Part shown: positions 29,235 to 40,990 of the stretch, piece after piece
Numbering within the stretch: the first letter of the stretch is position 1
Layout of the letters: each line of letters starts with the position of its first letter
Notes under the pieces: model-generated
Told to the model about the DNA's origin: nothing
The model's input: the letters and a program-made list of their open reading frames with translations, nothing else
Database searches by the model: none
DNA from: the human T2T-CHM13v2.0 reference genome, Homo sapiens
DNA length: 64,000 nucleotides
Reading direction: 5' to 3' (one strand)
Assembly: GCF_009914755.1 (NCBI RefSeq)
Contig: NC_060941.1
Translations under genes and position numbers: made by a program

Positions 29235-30066
29235 CTTGTCCGTGGACCAAGCACAAACATTCTGGTTGCATCTCCATCTAGGTACACGGTAGGATTGCAT
29301 CCTCCATGCTTTTGAAGTTCTGCCTGCCCACGTGACTTGCTTTAACAAATGATGTGAGTGGAAGTGGTACATGTCACTTCCGGGTGGAAGGTTGAAAAGC
29401 TTGTGCCTGATTCACCTTTGAGGCTGATTCTGTCAGTGTCCCTTGGACCCTCCCTGCTGAATTCTACCTGCCAGTGTCTGCATCTCTGTGCCTGAGGGAT
29501 TTCTCCAGGCCCAAAAAAGACAGCTCAGCCTACATGCACTACCAGCCAGAAGTGCAGGGGAATTACACATTATCACCTTCATCAGCTCTCAGTCAGTGAC
29601 TCTGGGGAATTGAGACACAAATACCCAGGCTCCCTCGCTCCATGCTGCAGGTGGGATCACTCTGCAGTATGTGCTCCTCACTCTTTCCCTGGGGTATCCC
29701 ACGGGATTAAGTTCATTCACCCACAGAGGTACCTGGCTTCATATGCATCTTGTATTAGCTGCTTTCCCTTCCCAGTTGCACTTTTCTACTTGATACCAGT
29801 GTTTCCTGCACCTCCCAAATAAACGATTGCGCTCACACTGTTGTTTCTGGATCAGCCATGTTCCTCTTTCCTGCTGTCATGACAGTCCGTTGGCCAACCA
29901 ACTGGCAATTTCCCTGGGGGTGGCTACTCTGTCATTCCAGGCCTTGGGGTAAGGATGAGTAAAAGCTGGTGGACTTATCATGGGCAGGTGGCATGAGTCA
30001 GAAACCCATTGAAATTTGGGGGCTGCTTGTTACTACAGCCCAACCTCACCCACCCTGACTGATACA
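29235..30066 (+). mobile_element. MLT1 LTR with a nested LTR16-like LTR at about 29420-29855
   Basis: CACGTGACTTGCTTT...GAGTGGAAGTG...TCACTTCCGGG and end GAAATTTGGGGGCTGCTTGTTAC...CTGACTGATACA; inner CCAGAAGTGCAGGGGAATTA...CACCTCCCAAATAAAC is LTR16-like. Confidence 0.65.
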
Positions 30067-30123
30067 GCCCCTGGCTTCTCACCAAACACCAAAATGATGC
30101 ATCTAATTTAAGGCATCTTATGA

Positions 30124-30198
30124 GAAGGAAGGAAGGAAGGAAGGAGGGAAAGGAAGGAAGGAAGGAAGGAAGGAAGGAAGGAAGGAAGGAAGGAAGGA
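30124..30198 (+). repeat. (GGAA)n microsatellite; longest pure run is 11 units (30152-30195)
   Basis: Direct count. Confidence 0.97.
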
Positions 30199-30746
30199 GA
30201 CAGAAGAGACAGAGAACATTTGTGAGTGTGCATGTGTGTGTGCACACTGGGGCAGAATGGAAGGGAAGAGAGGGACAAGTTTGAAGGGAAGACTGGGACA
30301 GGAAAAGAGGTGCCCAAGAACCCACTGGAGAGGAGACTTAGAAAGGATAAAAGAACAAGAGGCCCAGATATACAGTGAGAAGAATCCCAGGTCACACAGC
30401 AAGTCAGGGGTTGAATTAAGCCTAGGACTTGGGCTTCCCAACTTCCAATCTAGCGCTCTTTCCTCTGAGCTCACTTCCTCCAGAAGGCCCATGGCTGGAA
30501 TGTCCCTTCTTTCAAGCTCCCTGGGATTGTAGAAAGAAGCACACAGCCCATGGTTCATGGGACCCTAATTACCTCTAGCTGCCACCTTGTTCTCACATCT
30601 GGATGACAGAGGCACATCTGTATCACACTGGGCTACAGGCTGGCCTCTGAAGGGTCCATGGGAATGAAAGTTAAGGTTCTTTTGCTTGAAAGCAACACAG
30701 ATAAACTTTAGCCAGCTCAAGCCACAAGAGGGGATGAACTGGAGAG

Positions 30747-31155
30747 TGTATTAGGCCATTCTTTGTGTTGCTATAAATAAATACCTGAGGCTGAGTAATT
30801 TATAAAGAAAAGAGGTTTGGTTGACTTGTGGTTCTTCTGGCTGTACAAACATAGCCCCAGCATCTGTTCAGCTTCTGGGGAGGCCTCAGGGAACTTTCAT
30901 TCATGGCAGAAAGCAAAGCAGAAGTAGGCACATCATAGGGCAAAAGCAGGAGCAAGAGGGAGAGTGGATTGTAGGGTGTGCCACACATTCAAACAACCAG
31001 ATCTAATGAGCACTCACTCACTATCACAAGGACAATACCAGGCCATGAGCAATCTGCCCCCATGACCCAAATACCTCTCACCAGACCCCACCTTCAACAT
31101 TGGGAATTACAATTCAACATGAGATTTGGCAGGGCCATATATTCAAACTATATCA
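30747..31155 (-). mobile_element. Solo MST LTR (MSTA/B-like)
   Basis: TGTATTAGGCCATTC...AAATACCTGAGGCTG...CAACATGAGATTTGG...AAACTATATCA; near-TSD GAGAG/GGGAG. Confidence 0.9.
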
Positions 31156-31231
31156 GGGAGAGACTATGGCTTTTAGCTAACAACATAGGCCTTGGGAGGA
31201 AGAGCAACAGAAGCAGCTCTGGAAACCATGG

Positions 31232-32278
31232 TGCTCTTGTTTGCTCACTGTACAGATAAAACCAATCCACTGAGACAGCAGTACCGCAGTAGAGAAAGAG
31301 TTTAATAATCACAGGGCTAGTTAAGTGGAAGGATGGGAGTTTATTACTCAAATCACCCTCCCCAAAAGCTCAAAGGTTAGGGTTTTTCAAAGATAGTTTG
31401 GCAGTCAAGGGGCTAGGGAATGGGGGATGCTGATTGGTTGGGCCAGGGATGAAATTACAGAGGGTTGAAGCTGTCTTCTTGTGTTGAGTCAGTTCCTGGG
31501 TGGAAGTCACAGAAGCAGTTGAATTAGTTCCTTGGTATGAGTTATGGGCCCAGGTGAAGTCAGTCTGTTACTAGAATGCAAAAGTCCAAAAAATATCTCA
31601 AAGACCAATCTTTCATTTTTACAATAGTGATGTCATCTATCAGAGCAATTGGGGAATTTACAAATATTGTGATCTCTGGAGCAGTAAATGATTACAGAAA
31701 TTCAAGCTAGGGAACAATGGCTGGTTATCATTTAACTACACCTGCATCTTAGCAGAATTCAGGCCTCTCCTATGATCCTAATCTTGTGGACTTTCATTAG
31801 TCTTACAAAGGCAGTTTTGTTTTTTTTTGTTTTTTGAGATGACGTTTTGCTCTGTTGCCCAGGCTAGAGTGCAGTGGCACTATCTCGGCTCACTACAACT
31901 TCTGCCTCCTGGGTTCAAGTGATTCTTCTGCCTCAGCCTCTGGAGTAGCTAGAATTACAGGCATGCACCACCATGTCCAGCTAATTTTTGTATTTTTAGC
32001 AGAGACAAGGTTTCACCATGTTGGCCAGGCTAGTCTGGAACTCCTGACCTCAAGTAATCCATCTGCCTCGGCCTCCCAAAGTGCTGGGATTACAGGCGTG
32101 AGCCGCCATACACAGCCTTACAGAGGCAGTTTTGGTCATCAAGCAAGAAGGGGGTTAGTTTTGGGAAGGGATTGTTATCATCTCTGTTTTAAAGTTAACA
32201 AAGGCAGTTAGCTTGTGAAGTTGGAGTCAGTTAGCTTAGATTTCTCTCGCTGATGCACTTTTTGTAAAGGTGGTTTCA
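31232..32278 (-). mobile_element. ERV1 LTR8-family solo LTR interrupted by an Alu
   Basis: Reverse strand starts TGAAACCACCTTTACAAAAAG...CTAACTGACTCCAAC and contains ATTAAACTCTTTCTCTACTGC. Confidence 0.75.
31819..32117 (-). mobile_element. AluS (Sx/Sz-like) nested in the LTR8-family LTR
   Basis: Reverse dimer; TSD CTTACAAAGGCAGTTTT / CTTACAGAGGCAGTTTT. Confidence 0.93.
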
Positions 32279-33379
32279 CCCTGTGCCCATGGACCTTCCT
32301 TCCAGGGGTCACCATTTATGCCTCTCACCTGCTATGTCTCTCAGGTTAAAAGTTCACATTCCTAGGAGAAAAGAATCTGACTGGCAAGCTTCAGTCAGAT
32401 GCTCTTTGGTCCAGTGAGCTAAGCCCCGGGGTTTTAGCTGGGACCCATGGTTGAGGATGGCCAGTTCCTGGAGAATGGGAGAGGGCACTGTGTGTGAGGC
32501 AGACAATGGGGAGTCATGTTTGTGAATGGAGTCTTCTGCCAGTGACTCATATCTCCTCTCAGAAGGTCCTCCTCTTCCTTTTTCCAGACAGCAGGGTTTT
32601 CTGTCACTTGATTCAACCCTTACTGAGGCTGTAATTGATGTCTCACAGGTACCGGCCTCTGTGGAGGATTCTGAGATGAAGACAGTCCTCACACCCCTGT
32701 GAAGACGAGTGAGTTCACCAAGCACAGCCACGCAAGGTTGAGGGGCCTGGAGCCCTGGGAGAGCCTGGCTGTGGGGGGGTCTGTCGCTGCCAGCTCTGCC
32801 TCTTGGTCTCTCCACCCAGACGGGAGATGATCAGGACTGACCAAACTGAGCCACCCAACACAGTCTCTTGTGGACAGGGAAGGCTTCAGCTTTGCCAAGA
32901 ATTCCAGAGCTGGATTTTATTGACTCATCATACTTGAGATTATGTCAGTGGAGTCCTTTCTGGAGAGGGAGGCCTGCCCTTTGACCTAGCTGTAGAATTG
33001 CCCCAGCATTCCCTTAGCTCAATCCCTCCCCTGACCCCCACGCCCTTGGGACTCTCTGTGGCTGTCTCTAGGCCAAAATATCCTCCCACTGTTCAGGAGG
33101 GGCCTGGCCAGAGACTCTGTTGTTATTTTCACACCTGTTCTTATAACAATCCCTGCGGAAGAAAAGAAAAATGTCACCTAGATAAAGACAAAAAGCATAA
33201 AAAAGAAAAAAGAAAAAAAAAGAGTGACATTTGGAAAAGTTTAGACAGGAATGGCCTGGCCGGGGCTGAAATTGGGAGGAGGGAGAAGGTCAGAGGCTGG
33301 GGGATTAGGGACATCTGAGTGCTGACTTGGAAACAGGGGACTCTGGGTTTCTCTTTCATAAGGACCAAAGGCTGCTCAT

Positions 33380-33900
33380 ATATGCTAAGCACCTTTCATT
33401 CATTGTCTCACCAACAACCATAGGAGGCAGTTACTATTATTAACTCAGATAGAAATAGGGAAACTGAGGTTCAGGGAGGTTAAGTAATTTCCCAGGGTCT
33501 CATATTCAGCCTGGACACCGTCTCATATCTGGCTCTAAATAGTAGCCTCTAAGGCTCATTGGATTGGCACTTGCCTCCCAGGACCCCTGTGGTTATGAGA
33601 TTCAGAGTCCTGAGATGTCTGAGCTGGTCAAAAGCTTTGGGTAATCTTTAAATAAGCAGCTGTGCCTTGCTAAGAGAATGGGAGGCTCCTGGAGAATAGG
33701 GTGGCCAACTAGAAAGAAACTAGCTTGGAAGTAAGAAATGACTGGGTCCCATACCAAGCCTGCCTCTTATTACCATGTTACCTCGAACAACTGACTTTAC
33801 TTGTGTGAGCCTCAGTTTTCTCCTCTGAAAAATGGACTAATAACATTTACACTGGAGTGTGCTATCCAGTGCAGCTCAGGTGCTCCATAAGTGAAAAGAT
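33380..33900. mobile_element. MIR fragments in opposite orientations (about 33380-33510 minus, 33700-33900 plus)
   Basis: GGGAAACTGAGGTTCAGGGAGGTTAAGTAATTTCCCAGGG and GAGCCTCAGTTTTCTCCTCTGAAAAATGG. Confidence 0.65.
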
Positions 33901-34587
33901 GGTTCCTACCTTATTGCTTCCTTGGGATCTTCCTCCCCAGCACGTAGGCTTTCAGAGCCTCAGTACCATCTCTGATGACTTTTTTGCCAGGGCTCATCAG
34001 ATGGGGTAGAACTTTCTGATCAGGAACCCACAGCGCACACACACACACAAGCCTCCCCTCATCCTGCGTACAGAGCCAGCTTTGCTCGGGCTTCTGGGAA
34101 AGGGGAGTATGGGGATTACTTATTGACTCCAGTATCCAAACCACTGGCTGGACAAGAATGCAGCCAGCCTCAGGAATGACTTAAACCAGGGACTCTGGGG
34201 CCACCAGGCATCCCTCCTACTGCCTGGTTCTCTAGGTGTCAGCTCCCTGCTTAGTTAGATAGCTTCTCCCGTGCTGCTGGTCCAAGGCCTAATACTCTCA
34301 GTTTCATCACAGTAGACAAAACTCCAATTCCAGTTACAACCAACCAACCAACCAATAGGAGAAGACTCCAATTGGCTAGGCTTGAATTACCCATCACCTT
34401 CTCAACCAATTATTGAAACTCAGAGGTAGAAAGGTACTATGATTGGTCAGGGCTGGATCAGGTGATCACACCCAGGCCAATAATTGTTCCAAAATGGCCA
34501 CTTTACATTTAGATCGCCTAACTAGAATGGGAATGCACAGTGCTTTGCAGAAAACAGTGGTGAAAGTTCATGACTGGCCCGGGCAAC

Positions 34588-34965
34588 TGATATGGTTAGG
34601 CTTTGTGTCCCCACCCAAATCTCATCTTGAATTATAATCTCCATAATCCCCACATGTCGAGGGAGAGACCAGGTGGAGATAATTGAATCATGGGGGCAAT
34701 TCCCCCATGCTGTTCTCGTGATAGTGAGTGAGCTCTCACAAGATCTGATGGTTTTATAAGGGCCTCTTCCCACTTCGCTTGGCACTTCTCCTTCCTGCTG
34801 CCTTGTGAAGAAGGTGCCTTGCTTCTCCTTCACCTTCCACCATGATTGTAAGTTTGCCAAGGCTTCCCCAGCTGTGCAGAACCGTGAGTCAATTAAACCT
34901 CTTTCCTTTATAAATTACCCAGTCTTGGGCAGTTCTTTATAGCAGTATGAAAACAGACTAATACA
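34588..34965 (+). mobile_element. Solo THE1 LTR (THE1C/D-like) inserted in an Alu-monomer fragment
   Basis: TGATATGGTTAGGCTTTGTGTCCCCACCCAAATCTCATC...AGACTAATACA; exact TSD GCAAC. Confidence 0.93.
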
Positions 34966-36017
34966 GCAACATAGTGAGATGTCATCTCTAACAAATTTAA
35001 TTAATTTTTAAAGTGGTGAAACGTCCTAGGCAAATGAATAAATATCTTTTACCTTTCAAATCTCAATTCTCTTTCTTTCTAATCATTCCCATCCAATCCT
35101 GGAGCACTACACTACTGATATCTTCATTCTGCCATTTCCTGTCCCCTACCCTGGTGTTTAAATCTCTCCACTCTACCTATTGGGCACAGCTGGCCTGATG
35201 AATCAACCCAGCCTGCAGGCCTGATGGATTTTCAGAGTTCAAGGAAGTTCTTCCTTTTCCAGCCATCTTAAATGTCTTCCTACCTCTGCCTGCTGTATCA
35301 GCAATTTCACTATTGGTGGTTCATTTTTTAGCTTACTATGACTTGTTCCCATTAAAATGCACATCCCTTTGTGAGTATGCACTCACTGTCTGAACAATTA
35401 TTTATGATTAGTATTAGTGCTTTATCAGCTTTTTTACATTTTGGTGGGGGAAAGGAGGAGAGACTACAGAGGGCTTACTCGTGTTGGAGGGAGGAAGAGA
35501 GGCTGTAGAACCTGGAAGCCAATTCTCCTGATTCAATGAGTCTGTTTCAGGTAAGTCCAGGTGATTGTCGGGAAGCCATGGCCATTCTTATTTTATCTTG
35601 GAGAAGCAGCAGCGTTTTATCTTTTTTCTGTCTTCAAAGTTTAAATTTTCTTACCTAAAATTTTAAATTTTGAGGTAATTGGGGAATCCTCTACTCAGTT
35701 TCCCATGATAGCAACTTGCAAAACTATAATATTACAACCAAGATATTGATGTTAACACAGTCAGGATACAGAACGTTTCTATCACCATGAGGATCTTCAT
35801 GTTGCCCTTTTATAGCCATATCTACTTCCCTCCCATCCCTATCTTCTCCTTAACTGATGGCAACCACTGATCTGTTATCCATTTCCATAATGTTGTCATT
35901 TCCAGAATGTTATATAAATGGAATCATATGTAACTTTGGGGGATTGGCTTTTCTCACTCAGCATAATTCTCTGGAGATTCATCCAGGTTGTTTTGTGTAT
36001 CAGTAGTTCTTTCTGAC

Positions 36018-36376
36018 TGTATTAATCCATTCTCACACTGCTATAAAGCTACTACCCGAGACTGGGTAATTTATAAACAAATGAGGTTTAATTGACTCAC
36101 AGTTCCACATGGCTGGGGAGGCCTCAGGAAACTTACAATCTTGGCAGAAGGGGGAGCAGGCACATATTACACGGCAGCAGGTGAGAGACAGTGAGCAAGT
36201 GCAGGGAAAACTGTCTTATAAAACCATTAGATCTCGTGAGAACTCACTATCATGAGAGAAGCATAGGGGAAACTGTCCCTGTGATCCAATCACCTCCTAC
36301 CAGTTCTCTTCCTCAATACCTCGGGATTACAATTTAAGATGAAATTTGGATGGGGACACAAAGCCTAACAGTGTCA
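36018..36376 (-). mobile_element. Solo THE1 LTR nested in L1
   Basis: TGTATTAATCCATTCTCACACTGCTATAAAG...GGGGACACAAAGCCTAACAGTGTCA; near-TSD CTGAC/CTGAG. Confidence 0.9.
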
Positions 36377-37503
36377 CTGAGTATTAGATCATGGTAGGAT
36401 ATACCCCAGTTTATTTAATCATTTCTGTGTTGAAGGACAAGTGGATCATTTTCAGTCTGGGGCTAATACAAATAAATAAAGCATCTATAAACATTTATAT
36501 ACAAGTCTTCATTTCTCTGGGATAAATGCCCAGAAGTACAATTGCTGGGTTGTACAGTAGTTGTATGTTTAGTTTTTGAAAGAAACTGCCAAACTGTTTT
36601 CCACGGTGCCTGTACCATTTTACATTCCCACCAGCAATGTATGAGTGACTCAGTTTCTCTGAATCCTTGTCAGCATTTAGTATTATTACTGTTTTATGTT
36701 AGCCATCCTGATAGGTACATAGTGATTCTCATTGTGATTGTAACTTGCATTCCCTTAATGATGAACAATGAGCATCTTTTTATGTGCTATTTGCCATATG
36801 ATGTCTTCTTTGGTGAAATATGTCTTTATGTCTCTTACCTATTTTCTAATTGGATTGTTCGTTTTCTGACTGCTGAGTTTTGAGTGTTCTTTATATATTC
36901 TACATACTAGTTCTTTGTTGGATATATGGTTTGCAAATATTTTTCCCAGTATGTAGCTTTTTTTCATCTTTTTAATGCTTTTTAATGGGCCTTTCACAAA
37001 ACAGAAGCTTTTGTGATGAAGTCCAATTTATTAATTTTTCCTTTTATGGGTGATGCTTTGGGTGTTGAACCTAAGAACTCTTTGCATAGACCTACATCCT
37101 GAAGACTTCCTCCTGTTTTTTTCAGAAGTTTTATAGTTTTATGTTCTACATTTAAGTTAATGATCCATTTTGAGTTAATTTTAGTATAAGGCGTACGTAA
37201 GACTTAGAGGCTTTTTTTTTTTTTAGCACCATTTGTTGAAAAGGCTATTTTCCTCCATTGAATTAGTTTTGTACGTTTGTCAAAAATTAGTTGGGCATAT
37301 TTGTGTGGGTCTATTTCTGGTTTCTCCATTCTGTTCCATTGATGTATATCTCTCTGCCAATAACATACAGTCTTGTAAGTTATCTTGTATCTTGTATGCC
37401 AATAACATTCAGTCTTACTGTAGCTATACAGTGATTACTGTAGCTTGATATGAGATGGACTGATTCCTCCCAATTTATTCTTTTTTTTTTCCAAAATTGC
37501 TAT

Positions 37504-37915
37504 TCCTATGGTTTGGATGTTTGTCTCATCTAAATCTCATGTTGAAATTTAATTCTCAATGTTGGAGGTGGGGCCTAATGGGTGTTTTGGTCATAGAGGT
37601 GGATCTCTCATGAATAGATTAATGGCCTTCTCTGGAGTGAGTGAGTTCTCATTCAATTAATTCCTGTGAGAGCTGGTTGTTAAAAGAGCCTAGCACACCC
37701 TCCTTTTCCTCCTCTCTCTCACAATGCCATCTCTGCACACTCTGGCTCCCTTTTGCCTTCTGCTATGAGCAGAAGTAGCCTGAGGCCCTCATCGGATGCA
37801 GATGCCTAATCTTGAACTTGTAGCCATGAGAATCATGAGCCAAATAAACCATTTTTCTTTAAAAATTACCCAGCCTCTAGTATTTCTTTATAGCAACACA
37901 AAACAGACTAAGATA
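37504..37915 (+). mobile_element. Solo MST LTR (MSTB-like) nested in L1
   Basis: CTATGGTTTGGATGTTTG...GTTGGAGGTGGGGCCT...TATAGCAACACAAAACAGACTAAGATA; exact TSD GCTAT. Confidence 0.9.
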
Positions 37916-38739
37916 GCTATTCTAGTTCCTTTGTCTTTCCACATAAATTTTAGAGTAATATTGTGTATAGCTACAAAAACTTTTGCAAGATTTTAAAAGG
38001 AATTGCATTAAACTCATATATCCTTTTGCGGAGTAAGTCAACATCTTTACTATGTTGAATCTTTCAATCCATGAACATAATACATCTCTCCATTTATTTA
38101 GCTGTTCTTTGACTTGTTTAATCTTCTTTTTGTAGTTTTCAGCATACAAATCCTGTAGATTTACACTTAAGTATCTCTTCTTTTTCTTTTTGTAGTTGCA
38201 CATGGTATTGTATTTTTAATTTTGATATCCAGGTGTTCATTTCTAGTACATAGGAATACAACAGATTTTTGTATGTTTATCTCGTATTCTGTGACCTTGC
38301 TGAATTCACTTACTAGTACTAATATTTTGTATATCCCTTGGGAACTTCTACAAAAGCAATCATGTTCTTTTCAAATAGGAACAGTTTTTATTTCTTCCTT
38401 TTTAATCTGTATGCCTTTTAATTTCTTGCCTTATTGCACTGGCTAAAACTTTCACAGCACTATGTCATATAAAAGTGGTGACAGCAGACATTTTTGCTTT
38501 GTTTTCATCTAAGGCAAAAGCATTCAGTCTTTCACCATTAAGTATAATGTTAGCTGTAGGGTTCTCGTTGATGCTTTTCATCAAGTTGAGAAAGTTCTAT
38601 TCCAATTTTTCTTTGAATTTTATAATGGATGAGTATTGAATTGTTGTTTAATGGGTGTTGACTTTTCAGCATCAATTGATATAATCATGTTAATGTGGTG
38701 GACAACTGGTAAATGGATAAACAAACTGAGCAGCCATTT

Positions 38740-39045
38740 ATACATTGTATGGATGTACCAGTTTATTTATCCATTTACCAGCTGAAGGACATTTGGGGAG
38801 TTCCCTGTTTTTGGTGATTATAAATGAAGTCTGTATAAACATTCACAAACAGGTCTTTGTATGTAAATGGTTTTCGTTTCCCTTGGGAAACGAAATGCTA
38901 CTCAAATACCTATGACTGGCATTGCTAATTTGTATGGTGAGTACATGTTCAACTTTATAAGAAACTGCCAAATTGTTTTCAAAACTGTGCGTCATTTTGC
39001 ATTACCAAGCAATGTGTGCGAGTTCCAGCTTTGTTCAGCTGGTAC
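38740..39045 (-). mobile_element. Second L1 (L1M) fragment
   Basis: CATTGTATGGATGTACCAGTTTATTTATCCATT...AACTTTATAAGAAACTGCCAAATTGTTTTC. Confidence 0.75.
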
Positions 39046-40289
39046 TTGATATTGTACCTCAGACTTTCAGAGCCCTTCTTTCTATCTCTGCTGTCTCCCC
39101 TTCCTGAGTGCCAGAGAAGAGTGGGTATAGTCACAATAGCAATTTTCCAGAAGCAGAAGGGCTGGCTCTCATAATTCCCCTGCACACTACGAACTTCAGA
39201 ACTGCAGTTTTTGGGAAGGTGTGACAAGTGTGTTGAGCAGAATCAGGACAAGGGCCAAGGCAGAAGGAGTAGTGGGGGCACAGGGTTGGCAGTGAAGGGT
39301 CCAAGTGGCAGCAGTCCACAGTGGCAGGACCTGGAACACTTCGTCTGCTCAGGGCTTGTTGGTAGTGGGAAAGGATCACTTGGGGCCCAGGAGGGGGTCC
39401 TGCTGCCTCAGCACCCTCCCTCTGCCCTCCTAAGGTTTCCAGCCATTTCTAACAGAGGAAACTGCAATCTCTTGAGATTCCTGCAGGCCCCAGGGAGGGG
39501 GAGAGTTGCCTGAGAACCAGAGGCCTGGCTTGGGGCCCAGTTATGTGACACCTGAATCTTGGGGAGAGTGGCTGTGGGACCAGGCCCCTGGGGCCTCCTG
39601 GGACAGTTGGGAACAGGGAGGGGCAGCTCAGGTTTCCTCACTGCTTGGTGTGTGACCTGGGCTCCACCCAGGCAGCAGAATAATGCCAGGCCTTAGCCCC
39701 TGCGGTGTAACACCTTTCACCAAGAAATTGCTGTCCCGCTCCTGTTCCACAGGGACTGCTCTGGCCTGGACTTTGGGTCCTGTGGCCTAGAAGTAAAGGG
39801 ACCAGATCTTAGTCAGGCCTCAGGACAGAAGCCGAGCCAGTCAAATCTGGAGGAGGTGCGTGAGGTGTGTGTGTGTATCTGCGGGGTGGGGAGAGGTGTC
39901 ATGTGGGGACCAGGAGCTGCCCAATATTCAGTTTCAGTTGATTAGCTGTGTGGCCTTGGACAAGTAATTTAGCCTTTTTAGGCCTGGGTTTGCCTGTTTT
40001 TGACTTAAAGGTTTGGACTAGATGGGTGATTTCTCAATTGCATTGAATGTCAGCATTACCTGGGACTTGTTTTTATAAACTACAGATCCCTGGGCTCCAC
40101 CACAAACCTATTGAATCAGCATCTGTGGGCCTGGGGTCCTGGCTTCTGGCTGTGTAACGGGCTCCAGCCGGTTTTTATATGGCCAGTGTGTCACTGATAT
40201 CTCCAGACCCACTTACCTAAAAGTTCACCAAGTCCAGCAGCCTAGGGCAACCTCTGGTGGAAGACAGAAAGGCAGGTCCAGGAAGGAGG

Positions 40290-40445
40290 GAGGAGCCAGA
40301 GAAGGGGAGCCAATCAGGGGTCAGAAAAATGGGGGGAGGAACCTGAGAAAGGGAGCCAATCAGTGGCCAGGAAGGTGAGAGGAGGAGCCACTCAGTGGCC
40401 TGAAAGGAGGAAGAGGAGCCAGAGAGGGAGAACCAATCAGGAAAA
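40290..40445 (+). promoter_or_regulatory. Cluster of NF-Y-type CCAAT boxes (candidate promoter)
   Basis: AGCCAATCAG (CCAAT at 40310 and 40356), AACCAATCAG (40433), degenerate AGCCACTCAG (40388). Confidence 0.4.
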
Positions 40446-40779
40446 GAGGATGCGGCCGGCTGGGATTCTTCTTGCAAGGGAACCTGAAGCTTTAGTCTGG
40501 GCAGGCAGCGAGCTGGACTGGTATCAGAGGAAAAGAAGTCTCTACTTTGGCTGCTTCTGTTTGAGTGTGTCTCCCAGCACCATAAGGCAGGTAGAGAGGG
40601 CATCACCTTTGTGGTTCAGGAGAAGGGTTAGCACATCCCTTGTCTGTTTGGAGGCTCAAAGTGGGTCTAGGAGAAACTATATCTGCCTAGAGGGAAAACA
40701 TATCCTGCAAACCCTAAATAGCCATGGGGAATAAATAGCACTTGGGCCCCGGCCATTCCACCCCCTCTGTGTCTGACTC

Positions 40780-40990
40780 AGCTTGGAGGACAAAAGAGTC
40801 CCCATCTGCTGCTTACTGGCTTTGCGTGTGTGAGCAAGTCACTCAACCTTTCTGACTCTGTTGCCTCCTCTGTAAAATGGGAATAATAATTATACCTGCC
40901 CTACCCCCACAAGGCATTGCTCTGGGCATCACCTAAGACAAGGGAGGCGAGGGTGCTCCATCAACTGCAGCATGCTGTGCAATCCATTGG
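40780..40990 (+). mobile_element. MIR
   Basis: GAGCAAGTCACTCAACCTTTCTGACTCTGTTGCCTCCTCTGTAAAATGGGAATAATAAT. Confidence 0.75.

Larger units (their letters stand above)
35660..38700 (-). mobile_element. L1MC-like element (3'UTR plus ORF2 3' part), interrupted by THE1 and MST LTRs
   Basis: GGCAACCACTGATCTG, ACCATTTTACATTCCCACCAGCAATGTATGAG, CAGCACCATTTGTTGAAAAG and CTTTCACCATTAAGTATAATGTTAGCTGTAGG are antisense L1 motifs. Confidence 0.88.

Noticed and set aside
34320-34450. Second CCAAT/ATTGG cluster
   Set aside because: It appears to lie in an old MLT1-type LTR remnant and a (CAAC)n run, in mixed orientation, so it is explained by repeat sequence.
35660-39045. L1 ORF2-like peptides (for example 37922-38203)
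   Set aside because: Decayed L1 fragments with stops, frameshifts and nested LTRs; not retrotransposition-competent.
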